26,385 bases of DNA from Verrucomicrobiia bacterium (GCA_035653495.1 DASRBR010000023.1:1-26385), one strand, 5' to 3'. Shown: positions 8,028 to 17,198, counted from the first letter of the stretch. Numbers and translations: made by a program. Notes: generated by a model not told the origin, from the sequence alone.

Positions 8028-9428
8028 TCACGTTCCTCCGGCAGCGTAATGATCTTCCACGCGCTTGGCGACGTCCTTGTAGCCCATGTCGGTTTCGTAG
8101 ATGATCTTGAACTGCTCGATGGCTTCATCCTTTTTGCCCATTTTGTCGAAAACACAACCGAGCGTGTAAACCAAATCCTTTTTCTCCTCGTCGAACACCA
8201 GCTTTTCCTTGAGCACTTCCTGCAAACGGCGCGCGGCCAGGTCAAACATGTTTTTCTTTTCAAAACATTTCGCCATGTACGTGATGGCCTGGATTTTCTT
8301 GTTCGGGTTGGCCTGCGCCTTCTGGAATTCCGCCTGTGCTTCGCTGATCTTTCCGGTCTCGAAATACAATTTCCCCAAATCAAACCTAAGCTGCAAATCC
8401 GTGGGGTAACGTTCAACGAGTTGTTTCGCGCTTTCCACGCGGAAATTATCGCGGTCCGCCTTGATCTGCGCGGACTTCTCGGCGTAATCCTCCGCGGCTG
8501 GATCAAGTTGCGCGAGCGCGTGATCGAACTTCTTCACCTTCACCTCGGCAATTTTCGTCTGCAACGAAGAATCCGCGCCACCATCCACCGCCGCCATGCG
8601 CTCGTAATAGGTGAGCGATTTGTCGAACTGTTTCCTCTCCGCCCACACTTCGGCGAGATTGCGCAACATCTTCAAATTGTTCGGCTCAATTTTCAGCCGG
8701 TCTTCCCAGTCCTTGATCAAGCCATCAGCCGAATCATCCGTTTTCACCTGGCGATTTTGCTGCTCCAGCGCGACCGCCTCGGCCTTGTTTTTCAAGACAT
8801 CGCGATACGATCCACCGCCGCCTGCAAGCGCGCCATAGCCGCCTTCGTCGAGCGTCTTGCGCGCCGAAAGGTCCTTGAGCCGCTGCGAAACCTCGCCGTC
8901 GTTGGGATATTCGCGTTGCAAATTGGCAAGCACTTCTTCGCCCTTGGTTTTCTCGCCAATTTGCGCATAAGCCTCGGCGAGCTGATACGATAAATCCTTG
9001 TCCTTGGGCGCATTTTTCACGAGGATTTCCAGCGACATGACCGCCTCGCGCGGCATCTGCGCGGCCATGGCGGCCTCGGCCATCAACTTGTGCCCGGAAG
9101 AACTGTTCGCGTCTGAATTGAGGATTTCCTCGGCCACCTGCATCGCTTCCAATGGATTCCGGCGCAACGCCATTTGTCCCTTGGCAACGAGAGGGGACGA
9201 ACTCGCGCCGCTGGTGAGCTTTTTGAACCAACCGCCGCCCTTGCCGGTCTTGGCCATTTGCGCGCCGCGCAGTGTCTTGCGGATTTCGAACACGGAAGGT
9301 TCGCGCGCCAGGACTTGTGTGAACATCTCAATCGCGTAATCGAAATTATCGCGCTGAAGCGCTTCCATCCCCCTTTGATAAAGCAGCCGCAAGTCCCGCG
9401 GCAGTTCATTTACTGATTTCTCTGGCAT
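8028..9428 (-). CDS. Tetratricopeptide-repeat protein
   Basis: Repeated TPR-like helices ('YQRGMEALQRDNFDYAIEMFTQVL', 'YQLAEAYAQIGEKTKG', 'FDLGKLYFETGKISEAQAEFQKA', 'YTLGCVFDKMGKKDEAIEQFKII'). Start placed at MPEKS (9428). Confidence 0.88.
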   Translation of the reverse strand: MPEKSVNELPRDLRLLYQRGMEALQRDNFDYAIEMFTQVLAREPSVFEIRKTLRGAQMAKTGKGGGWFKKLTSGASSSPLVAKGQMALRRNPLEAMQVAEEILNSDANSSSGHKLMAEAAMAAQMPREAVMSLEILVKNAPKDKDLSYQLAEAYAQIGEKTKGEEVLANLQREYPNDGEVSQRLKDLSARKTLDEGGYGALAGGGGSYRDVLKNKAEAVALEQQNRQVKTDDSADGLIKDWEDRLKIEPNNLKMLRNLAEVWAERKQFDKSLTYYERMAAVDGGADSSLQTKIAEVKVKKFDHALAQLDPAAEDYAEKSAQIKADRDNFRVESAKQLVERYPTDLQLRFDLGKLYFETGKISEAQAEFQKAQANPNKKIQAITYMAKCFEKKNMFDLAARRLQEVLKEKLVFDEEKKDLVYTLGCVFDKMGKKDEAIEQFKIIYETDMGYKDVAKRVEDHYAAGGT

Positions 9429-9695
9429 ACCAAGACTGTGCCAGAACTCGCGAAAAAATCCAGACCAAACGTGCGAGTCCTTTTCAACACACGGGAAGAA
9501 AGCTGCCCTGAATTTAGAAGGTGCATGGCCTTGAAAGATCGAGATTTTCCACTGAATGTTTGGCTTTCGTAAAAACATCCCGCTGAGAATTCATGAAAAA
9601 TGTCGAAGCCCGCCCAGCTTTTCCTTTTTCCGCTTGCAAAACGGGAGTGAAGGAAGAAAACTACCTTTTCCGGGAATCCAAATTCCCGAAGGGTT

Positions 9696-9770
9696 GCGCG
9701 GTTAGCTCAGTGGTAGAGCATTACCTTGACACGGTAGGGGTCACAGGTTCGAACCCTGTATCGCGCACCA
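9696..9770 (+). tRNA. tRNA-Val (anticodon GAC), CCA encoded
   Basis: GCGCGGT TA GCTC AGTGGTA GAGC A TTACC TTGACAC GGTAG GGGTC ACAGG TTCGAAC CCTGT ATCGCGC ACCA. Confidence 0.97.
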
Positions 9771-9839
9771 TTCCATAACCAGCGGCCGCTGCAAAAAATT
9801 CATGAATCGCGAAGCTGATTCAACTCCTCCGCAGGAAAA

Positions 9840-10616
9840 TCACGGCAGGAACTCCGCGCTCACCAATTTTTGGAAATCCGCCTGCTGCCCCGCGCCATTG
9901 GGTGTGACGTTGTAGCCCATATCTGTGGTGATGCCCTGCCACTTCCATTTTTCGACGTGCCCGTCAGCGAAGGAGAACGTCGCGCCATTAGAATGACGGG
10001 CCGTGGGTGAGTTTTTGAAATATGTCCAGGTCAACCCGTAGATGCTGTCGTCCACAGTTTGCTCGCCTTCGTCCACAAACACGACGGCCACTGAGGGATC
10101 GGGATTGTTGATGTCGGACGGTTTCTTGCGCATCGGGTAGGCTGCGCCAAAATCGCCGCTCGCGGAGTAAAGGCCGAATTCCGCGGCGTCGGCGTCATCA
10201 GCGCCGCCCATGCGCTCCATCATGGAAACGGTGCGGATGGGCACACTGCCGTTGACTTTTTTCGCATCAGGGCAGACATCGAGCGCCAGCGAGTTGTAAT
10301 ACGGATACAACGTGCCTTCCTGCAAGTCGGTGATGGCGGATGATCTCTGCACATTACCCAATGCCCATGAACCCGGTGGAGAAACGCCGGAGCCAAGCAC
10401 CCAGTTGCGGACCAGGTTGTCATTATTGTCCCCGTAGTAAGTGGTCCAGGCGAGGGTCAATTGTTTCATGTTGTTCAGGCACTGGATGACTCGCGCCTTC
10501 TCTTTGGCCTTCGCGAGCGCTGGCAACAGCAAGCCGGCAAGGATCGCGATGATGGCGATGACCACCAGCAATTGAATCAAGGTAAAACCGCTTGCTGTAT
10601 GACCTGCCTTGCTCAT
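9840..10616 (-). CDS. Prepilin-type N-terminal cleavage / H-X9-DG domain protein (DUF1559-like)
   Basis: 'G|[28 protein letters not shown]...CLNNMKQL' and C-terminal '[14 protein letters not shown]'. Confidence 0.9.
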   Translation of the reverse strand: MSKAGHTASGFTLIQLLVVIAIIAILAGLLLPALAKAKEKARVIQCLNNMKQLTLAWTTYYGDNNDNLVRNWVLGSGVSPPGSWALGNVQRSSAITDLQEGTLYPYYNSLALDVCPDAKKVNGSVPIRTVSMMERMGGADDADAAEFGLYSASGDFGAAYPMRKKPSDINNPDPSVAVVFVDEGEQTVDDSIYGLTWTYFKNSPTARHSNGATFSFADGHVEKWKWQGITTDMGYNVTPNGAGQQADFQKLVSAEFLP

Positions 10617-10946
10617 GCTAAAATTGGACGATGCCTGCAGGCTCCTGATTCACATTGCAGCTTGATTGCCTGCTCCTAAATCTCCAAGGGCGCACTATAG
10701 CGCATCACCTTAAAAAAGGAAGTTTTTTATCAACCGCAGCGTTCCTTATTTCGGCGCCGCCAAGCTGGGGCGTTCCACGCCACAGCCAAAGCCTGAAGTC
10801 CGGCGCGGACTTTCGCGATGGCTTCGTCGAGCGGAAATTGGCACGCTATCTAAGATGCCTGCATTACCCAAACGCCGCGGCTTCTGCTTCGCACTAATTA
10901 GGCCTATTGAGACAGCAAAGCAAATTTAAAAGCTTTTGCCCAACAG

Positions 10947-11852
10947 TCATGCCGCGGTTCTGGCATCGTCGGCAGCAATTTTCACATCTTGCGTCGCTTG
11001 TTCGGTCGCACGAGCCCGCGCCAGTTTCTGAGCTTCGGCGTCACTGAATGTTCGCAGTCGACCATAAGCCGCACTGAATGCAGCATTAGCATCCGAAGCA
11101 GCATCGCTTGAGGAGCCTGCTTTGGTTAATATATGGCGAATCGGACCTGCCATGTCTAAAAGTATTCTAGCGCATTCAGGAGAAGGGGGGGATGTGTAGG
11201 CAAGCTGAACAAGCGCGGAATAGTGCCTTGCTAAATCATTAAGCGCAACAGGATGGATTGATCCTACGGATCCGCCCCGCTCAACCGCGTTATGTGTGCG
11301 TCGGGAGAGAAGGACTAGCTCCTCCAACATATCCATTTCTGAACGTTTTGGTTCACTATTAGGTCGGCTGTCCGTCTTCAAGATAGCAAAAACCTCCGTC
11401 TCGAGCTTGGGCCACCACATTTCAAAAACGCTCTCCAGAACTGCCGGATCGAGTCCGGAATCACCCAACCCGGCATTAATCGATTTTAATAATTTACGAA
11501 TTTCTTCTTTCGAAAATGAGCTGCATTGAAACTGCTCTAGAGGACCTTTAACATCTGTCGGAGAAATCCCAAAGAGAAGAGGGCAAACTCGGGCAGAATC
11601 TAACTGTTTCGAAATTGCGCCTGCTTCAAAAATAATCCACGGAGCTGTTAGGTTTTCCAACGTAAGAATAAAAATTCCAACCTTGGAATCAGAGAGTTCT
11701 TTCGCAATTTCAGTCGCCCACCTTGCGCCTTTCGCTATATCGTCAGGTGTAAAGTATGGTCTCACGGCTTGAATTACTCCGGGGATCCATTTGCGAAATA
11801 TCTCTGCGATTTTCTTGCTTCTTTCGCCCGACCAACTAATAAATACCTTCAT
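10947..11852 (-). CDS. TIR-domain protein (TIR_2-like) with a helical C-terminal extension
   Basis: 'KVFISWS', 'DIAKGARWATEIAKEL' and 'PWIIFEAGA' (WxxxE catalytic motif). AAGGA RBS upstream; visibly AT-richer than its neighbours. Confidence 0.88.
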   Translation of the reverse strand: MKVFISWSGERSKKIAEIFRKWIPGVIQAVRPYFTPDDIAKGARWATEIAKELSDSKVGIFILTLENLTAPWIIFEAGAISKQLDSARVCPLLFGISPTDVKGPLEQFQCSSFSKEEIRKLLKSINAGLGDSGLDPAVLESVFEMWWPKLETEVFAILKTDSRPNSEPKRSEMDMLEELVLLSRRTHNAVERGGSVGSIHPVALNDLARHYSALVQLAYTSPPSPECARILLDMAGPIRHILTKAGSSSDAASDANAAFSAAYGRLRTFSDAEAQKLARARATEQATQDVKIAADDARTAA

Positions 11853-11861
11853 AGAAATTCC

Positions 11862-11880
11862 TTATTAACGTTCTTAATAA
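11862..11880. promoter_or_regulatory. AT-rich inverted repeat next to the TIR gene RBS (possible operator)
   Basis: TTATTAA-cgttc-TTAATAA, a perfect 7-bp inverted repeat. Confidence 0.3.
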
Positions 11881-12053
11881 TGAAAGCAAGCGGATTCTTA
11901 GCCCCGTACGGCATTTAAGCATGAAAACATTGAGCGAGAGAAACCAATTGCCGCATTTATTTGGCTATATCTTTCTTTAGCGAGCGTTGTGCGTAGCTGA
12001 TGTTCCCGAAATGCCACTCGTCTTATCGAGCGATTGAAGATCTGTTCTTTCGC

Positions 12054-13016
12054 CTACGCCCCCACCTCCAACGGCCTTGCGAACATCACGCCAGTCAAGC
12101 GCCGCGACCAGTTCAAGGTCTCGCTGATTTCGCGCTCAAAGGTGACCTTCATGTTCCGGCGCGATGACGATGCGTCCATGAAATGCACCACGCCCTGCTC
12201 GTCTTTGATGCACAAACCGGTGTGCGCGATGTCGATGCCCGGCTGCGTGGTGCAGACGCCCACAATGTCGCCGGTGGCCAGCAAATGTTCGTCGTCTTTC
12301 AGCTTCGCCATCGGCAAATATTTCAACGAACGCGCGTTGATGATTTCTTCGTAGTGGCGTATGACCGGGAGGAATTCCGGATGCGCCTTGAGCTGACGAT
12401 AATTTTCTGGATGTTCGGACATGATGCCGACCTTTTGCGTGAACGGCTCCGCACCGGGCAATTCGGGCGTGAGATTTTTGACGACGCCCTTTTGCGCGTT
12501 GTCCACGAACCAGTCGGTCGTGTAATGCAGGCGCGTGGTGTAGTCGCCCATCTTTCCGCCGCGATAACGGGTGTATTGCACCTCGCTGATGAGGTCTTCG
12601 GGCGAGCTTTTGCCCTTCTTGAGCATGCGCGCCATGCAAAGTGAGTCCTCAAAAAACGTGACGCAATCGAGCCCTTTCAAATTGATGACGCAAAATTCCT
12701 GGTTGGGCGAAACTTCGAGCGTGAAGCCGACGTAGGGCGTCCCCTTTAGTTCCATCGCGATCTTGCCGATCAATTCGCCGATGGGCAGGCTCTTCCAATT
12801 CTCGGCTTGCGCCTTACTGACGATATGTTCGAAAACTTCCTGTCCCTGGAAATGTTTCATCTGGTCTTCCATCGCGCCAGCGGCGCGGGCGATGGCAGAC
12901 GAAGCGAGAAAACCAAGCGTTCCGAGCGCACCAAGCCGAATCGCTTCGCGACGATTGATGCGAATTTGAGTGATAGACGATGTGGAATTGGATGGGTGAA
13001 TTGTTGGTGAAAGCAT
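12054..13016 (-). CDS. DUF1460 family N-acetylmuramoyl-L-alanine amidase-like protein with Tat signal
   Basis: 'NRREAIRLGALGTLGFLASSAIARA' Tat-like leader; 'GTPYVGFTLE...NLKGLDCVTF' (Cys) and 'DIAHTGL' (His). Start position uncertain. Confidence 0.85.
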   Translation of the reverse strand: MLSPTIHPSNSTSSITQIRINRREAIRLGALGTLGFLASSAIARAAGAMEDQMKHFQGQEVFEHIVSKAQAENWKSLPIGELIGKIAMELKGTPYVGFTLEVSPNQEFCVINLKGLDCVTFFEDSLCMARMLKKGKSSPEDLISEVQYTRYRGGKMGDYTTRLHYTTDWFVDNAQKGVVKNLTPELPGAEPFTQKVGIMSEHPENYRQLKAHPEFLPVIRHYEEIINARSLKYLPMAKLKDDEHLLATGDIVGVCTTQPGIDIAHTGLCIKDEQGVVHFMDASSSRRNMKVTFEREISETLNWSRRLTGVMFARPLEVGA

Positions 13017-13085
13017 AGCGGCAATAGAATAGCAGAGCCGGGATGCGGATTTCAAGAATCCGCTGCTGAAGTCGCGCCGGGAAAC

Positions 13086-13526
13086 TCAGACCGAATCGAA
13101 CAGGTTGAATTCAAGCCAGTAGGACTTCACGGCTTGGACAAGTTCACGTAGCCGATCTGTCGTAGAAGGTTTGACGAGGTAAGAATTGGCGCCAAGCCGA
13201 TAAGCCTGATGCAAGTCTGAAGGCTCCTGGGATGAAGTGAGGATGACCACCACCACACTGCGCAAATGTTCCTGCTCGCGCAACCATGCAAGGACGTCCA
13301 AGCCTTTCTTTCCGGGCATTTTGAGGTCAAGGAACATCAGCGCCGGAATAGGAAACATCGTTCGATCACTGAATTGCGCCCTGCCGGCGAGATAATCGAC
13401 GGCTTTCAACCCATCTTCAGCGACAAAGATGGGATTGGGCAACGCAGCCTCTTTGAGGGCGCGTCGCATGAGGAAAACGTCATCCTCGCTATCATCTACC
13501 AAAAGAATTGGCTTAGTGGGTCGCAT
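13086..13526 (-). CDS. Single-domain response regulator (Rcp1/CheY-like)
   Basis: 'ILLVDDSEDD', phospho-acceptor 'FLDLKMP', 'ILTSS' and 'GANSYLVKP'. Confidence 0.93.
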   Translation of the reverse strand: MRPTKPILLVDDSEDDVFLMRRALKEAALPNPIFVAEDGLKAVDYLAGRAQFSDRTMFPIPALMFLDLKMPGKKGLDVLAWLREQEHLRSVVVVILTSSQEPSDLHQAYRLGANSYLVKPSTTDRLRELVQAVKSYWLEFNLFDSV

Positions 13527-14706
13527 TTGCTTTTTTGAGACTCAACCAGAAGCGGCTCCCTTTGCCAACCTCCGAAGTCAGGCCGACGGAGCCGCCCATC
13601 CGTTCGGCGGCTTTGCGCACGATGGCAAGGCCGATTCCCGTGCCTTCGTACTGTTTGTCCGAGTGGACGCGACCGAATATTTGGAAGATTTCCTGAAAGT
13701 GTTCGGGCGCTATGCCGATGCCATTGTCCTCGAACCAGATTTTGACATTATCCGTATTCGGGTCTTCCTCCGCGCGAATTGTGACGAGGGGAGGCACATC
13801 AGGCCGCGCAAATTTCAGCCCATTGCCCAGCAGATTGGAGACGCACTGAATAAGATAGGCCGGGTGTGCGCGGACGACCGGCAAAGGCTCCTTGACGATG
13901 ATCGAGCCGTTTCGGAATTGTGGATAGGTTTCAACCGCTTCTTGTACCAGCTTGGCAAGATTGACATCCTGAAGGTGGATTTCGCCTTTGGCGATCCGGC
14001 TGTAAGCGAGGACATCCTGGACCAGAAGATCCAAACGGGCAGCGGCGGCGCTGATTTTCGCGAGAAACACTTTTCCTCCCGCGTCCAGTTTCGCGCCGTA
14101 GTCATCCGCGAGTGCGCGGGCATAACCCTCGATAGCGCGAAGTGGGGCGCGCAAGTCGTGAGACACGGTGTAGGAAAACGCTTCGAGTTCACTGACGGTT
14201 TCCTGAAGTTTCTGTGTGCGTTCACGCACGCGCATCTCCAAGTCCTGATTGGCGCTTTCGAGCTCCCGATGCGCCTGGGTGAGCTGCAGCAGAGTATCAC
14301 GAATCTGATATTGCTGCCGGCGATGGCGCAGGGCCGCTTCCACCACGCTTCGCAGTGTCACAAAGCGGACCGGCCGCTCTATGAGGGTCACATTGAGCAT
14401 CTGCGCGGCGGAAAGGCGGCCTGAGTTCTGCCCAGAATGGACAAGGACAATCAATGGAAAGTTCGACCATGAAGGTTCCTGGCGCAAGGTGGCGGCCAGG
14501 CATTGCTCCCGATCCTGAAGAATGGCTTCTTCAGTAAGCAGGGCGGCGCCAGCTCCTCTGGCAATCTCGCGGCAAAGCGCCGGAAGGTCAGGGCAGGCAA
14601 GGCAATGGAAGTTTGCATCTGACAGAAAAGCAATGGTCCTTTCGGAGTCTTTACGTGTTGGCATTAGCACCAGCACGCGCTCCCGCTGGGCTGTTTCGTC
14701 ATTCAT
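13513..14706 (-). CDS. Cytoplasmic histidine kinase with an N-terminal degenerate receiver-like domain
   Basis: H-box 'VSHDLRAPLRAI', 'NLLGNGLKF', 'DNGIGI' and 'GTGIGLA'. No TM segment; the N-terminal REC-like fold lacks the acidic pocket. Confidence 0.9.
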   Translation of the reverse strand: MNDETAQRERVLVLMPTRKDSERTIAFLSDANFHCLACPDLPALCREIARGAGAALLTEEAILQDREQCLAATLRQEPSWSNFPLIVLVHSGQNSGRLSAAQMLNVTLIERPVRFVTLRSVVEAALRHRRQQYQIRDTLLQLTQAHRELESANQDLEMRVRERTQKLQETVSELEAFSYTVSHDLRAPLRAIEGYARALADDYGAKLDAGGKVFLAKISAAAARLDLLVQDVLAYSRIAKGEIHLQDVNLAKLVQEAVETYPQFRNGSIIVKEPLPVVRAHPAYLIQCVSNLLGNGLKFARPDVPPLVTIRAEEDPNTDNVKIWFEDNGIGIAPEHFQEIFQIFGRVHSDKQYEGTGIGLAIVRKAAERMGGSVGLTSEVGKGSRFWLSLKKANATH

Positions 14707-16199
14707 CGGTGTTCAGTTTCCATCGCAGTGGAACCGCGGTATTCCGGCACACCGGTCATGATGCCGAAGAAGCCTTTGAGAGGCTCACCAACTTTTATCC
14801 CGTCCTCTTGAATGACTAATTGCCGGATCGAACGTTCGTGCTTGCCGGTCCGTTTCTTGAGGATGCTGATGGCCTGCTTGATCTCCGCCTCGGCCTCGAA
14901 ATAGCGCAACAATAAAACAGTATCGGCCAAATAGCTGACATCGATATCACTGGCCCGGCCCGCGGCTGTGAGCATCAGACCGTGCTGGGCGACAATCAGG
15001 ATAGTGGTGACGCCTTTCTGGTTGAGGTAAGCAAACATCTCGTGAAGGTGGGAGGTGAGAAAGCGTTCCTCCGGCATGGCATTGAGATAGCCATTCAGGC
15101 TGTCAATGACGATCACCTTTGCGCCGGCATCGACGGCTCTCCGAACTTCGTGGGAGAATGCGCCTGCGGACATTTCCGCAGGATCAATCTGCTGCGCGTG
15201 AAGTTTGCCCTCCTTGATGTAGGCGCGGACACCTCCTTCTTTGGCCAGGCAAAGCTTCTCCGTGCGCTCAATCATCGTTCCCAAGACTTCATCAAAAACA
15301 TATACGGCGCCTTTGTGTCCACGCTTAAGGGCTGAGACGACGAACTGCATGGCGACAGTGGATTTACCCACTCCGGCGGGGCCGAGCAGAAGGGTCGTCG
15401 TGCCGGCCGACAGTCCGCCGTTGAGCATCTCGTCCAGGTGAGGAATGCCACTGGCAGTGACGTCCTGCGAGAAGCGGTCGTGATGTTCCGCGGCAACCAA
15501 GCGCGGATGAACAAGTATGCCGCCCTGGACGATTTCATAATCGTGATAACCTTCGCGGAAGTCGGCGCCACGAACCTTGGTTACGAACAGCCGACGGCGC
15601 GAGCGGCCATAGTTGGGCAAAATGCGTTCGAGAATAAGGTTGCCCCCCACGAGACTTTCCGGCTGGATCGCACCCATTTGAAATGTTCGATCGTCAAGGG
15701 CCACAACAGTGATGTCACGGTCACTAAAGTAGCCCTTGAGTGAAAGGAGTTGCCGCCGGTAACGCAGGGGGTCACCCGCCAGGAGACGTAGTTCAGAAAG
15801 ACCATCGAAAACAACGTGTTTCGGCTGCACCTTGTCCACTTCCGCGATGATCGCCTGAGTGGTCTCACCAAGCTCCGTTTCCGATGGATGAAAAACGGAA
15901 ACCTCGGGTTGCCCGGCGAGGTTGCCTGCCGAGCGAGACAGGTCGCAGACGTGAATGCCGTCGAGGTTCCACTGATGGCTGGCGGCGGCATTTTTGAGGT
16001 CAGCGTGAGTTTCAGTAAGCGACACATACAGGACTTTTTCATTCGCGGCGGCGCGGGCAAGTGAGTACTGCAATGCCATGGTCGTCTTGCCAGCTCCTGG
16101 ATCACCCTGAATAAGATAGAAACCGCCTCGGACCAATCCGCCCAGCAGAATATTATCCAGTCCTACGATGCCAGTCGAGATTTTCGTTAGGTTACTCAT
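14703..16199 (-). CDS. Double-domain KaiC-like ATPase
   Basis: Two P-loops (GDPGAGKT and GPAGVGKS), 'VVFDGLSE' and 'IVIDSLNG' Walker B, Arg fingers 'TKVRG' and 'LKKRTG', and 'VSYLADTVLLLRY' at the KaiC phosphosite position. Confidence 0.9.
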   Translation of the reverse strand: MSNLTKISTGIVGLDNILLGGLVRGGFYLIQGDPGAGKTTMALQYSLARAAANEKVLYVSLTETHADLKNAAASHQWNLDGIHVCDLSRSAGNLAGQPEVSVFHPSETELGETTQAIIAEVDKVQPKHVVFDGLSELRLLAGDPLRYRRQLLSLKGYFSDRDITVVALDDRTFQMGAIQPESLVGGNLILERILPNYGRSRRRLFVTKVRGADFREGYHDYEIVQGGILVHPRLVAAEHHDRFSQDVTASGIPHLDEMLNGGLSAGTTTLLLGPAGVGKSTVAMQFVVSALKRGHKGAVYVFDEVLGTMIERTEKLCLAKEGGVRAYIKEGKLHAQQIDPAEMSAGAFSHEVRRAVDAGAKVIVIDSLNGYLNAMPEERFLTSHLHEMFAYLNQKGVTTILIVAQHGLMLTAAGRASDIDVSYLADTVLLLRYFEAEAEIKQAISILKKRTGKHERSIRQLVIQEDGIKVGEPLKGFFGIMTGVPEYRGSTAMETEHR

Positions 16200-16444
16200 T
16201 TAGTTATAACAATGTTCACCAGGTACTTAAATACCCAAAAAAACATCAACCAAGGCCATATTCATGTCCAATTCAAACGTGGCCCGCGAGTAAGGCCCAC
16301 TATGTCATTAGCCTTGTTCAAGGCCGCACCGGTAAATCTTTCATTGACTAATTGCAGCCAATCGGCATGGCGAATCGTCAGTGCCCACTAAAACCGGGAA
16401 ATTGCCATGGATTGACTGGCTTTGCTTAGCGCCCATATTGATGC

Positions 16445-16966
16445 ATGAAAGAAATGCGTTTTTCTGATTTTGTCAAACGCGCCGGTCCTCCGAAAACCGC
16501 CTCGCTTTGGACCGACCCAGCGAAGGACAAGGAATTCATGAGAGCGGTGAAGGAAAACCGCGTGTTGACGATTGTCCGCGACCCGCATGGGAAGCACAAG
16601 GATTTCGGCGAGATCGGTTTTCACGAGCAGCCGCTGGCGTTGTACATGATTTTCCCAAAGCCGTTGCCAAAGAAAACCGACGCGCGCGTCATCGGCGTGA
16701 AATACGATTTGATCGAAGAGCCCGAAGTCAAAAATCCGGTGCGCAATGTGAAGCCGCAGTCGCCGAAATCAGCCGCTCCAAAACAAATTGAAAACGAATA
16801 CAAAGTCGTCATCCGACGCACCGCAACCACCACATTCACTCTCGATTTAACTGCAAAGAACGAGCGCGAAGCGAAAAAGCAGGCGTTGGCAGCGGTCAAG
16901 GAGCAATCGTTCGAATTGAACAACGCGAAAATCGAGAACGAGATTCAGTCCGTCAGGAAAACTTGA
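16445..16966 (+). CDS. Hypothetical protein
   Basis: 173-aa ORF with host-like codon usage filling the gap; no motif recognised with confidence. Confidence 0.7.
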   Translation: MKEMRFSDFVKRAGPPKTASLWTDPAKDKEFMRAVKENRVLTIVRDPHGKHKDFGEIGFHEQPLALYMIFPKPLPKKTDARVIGVKYDLIEEPEVKNPVRNVKPQSPKSAAPKQIENEYKVVIRRTATTTFTLDLTAKNEREAKKQALAAVKEQSFELNNAKIENEIQSVRKT

Positions 16967-16982
16967 GCCATGCATTCCCGTG

Positions 16983-17050
16983 CAGGCGACGGGAAAGTCG
17001 CCTGAACCCACAGGCTGGCAAGTCGCGCCACGTAGCGCAGACATTCTTGT
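16983..17050. repeat. REP-like unit(s)
   Basis: Hairpin caggcgac-gggaaa-gtcgcctg (16983-17004) and a back-to-back CCAC|GTAG junction at 17028-17035. Confidence 0.5.
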
Positions 17051-17112
17051 TGCTTTGTTAAAAGCATATTTGCCCGTTGTAAAAAAGATGGAGCTGTCGC
17101 GGGAAAGTTTTC

Positions 17113-17198
17113 TTTGGAGTGCGCGGACATGTCCGCGCTTTGGGACCGGGCGACATGTCGCCCGGAAGAAAAGCGGTGTCATGCCACCGCACTCCAAA
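17113..17198. repeat. 86-bp palindromic element with terminal inverted repeats and three CATG-centred palindromes
   Basis: tttggagtgcg ... cgcactccaaa (11-bp IR); gcgcggacatgtccgcgc (17121-17138); ccgggcgacatgtcgcccgg (17146-17165); gcggtg-tcatgc-caccgc (17173-17190). Confidence 0.85.

Noticed and set aside
9780-9797. Palindrome cagcggccgctg plus an A-run after tRNA-Val as a terminator
   Set aside because: It has no loop and the U-tract would be on the opposite strand, so it is too weak to call.
10933-10946. GCCCAAC/GTTGGGC integron attC core next to the TIR stop
   Set aside because: The orientation is wrong for a cassette carrying this gene, there is no matching partner box or stem, and no integron integrase is present.
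14703-16199. Bona fide circadian clock gene kaiC
   Set aside because: There is no kaiA/kaiB, the phosphosite reads S-Y, and the catalytic pairs are altered, so it is called KaiC-like only.
13077-16401. 8-bp direct repeat CCGGGAAA (13077-13084 and 16394-16401) flanking the KaiC operon as a target-site duplication
   Set aside because: It was found post hoc, it is short enough to be chance, and there are no terminal IRs or recombinase. Worth rechecking only if relatives show an empty site.
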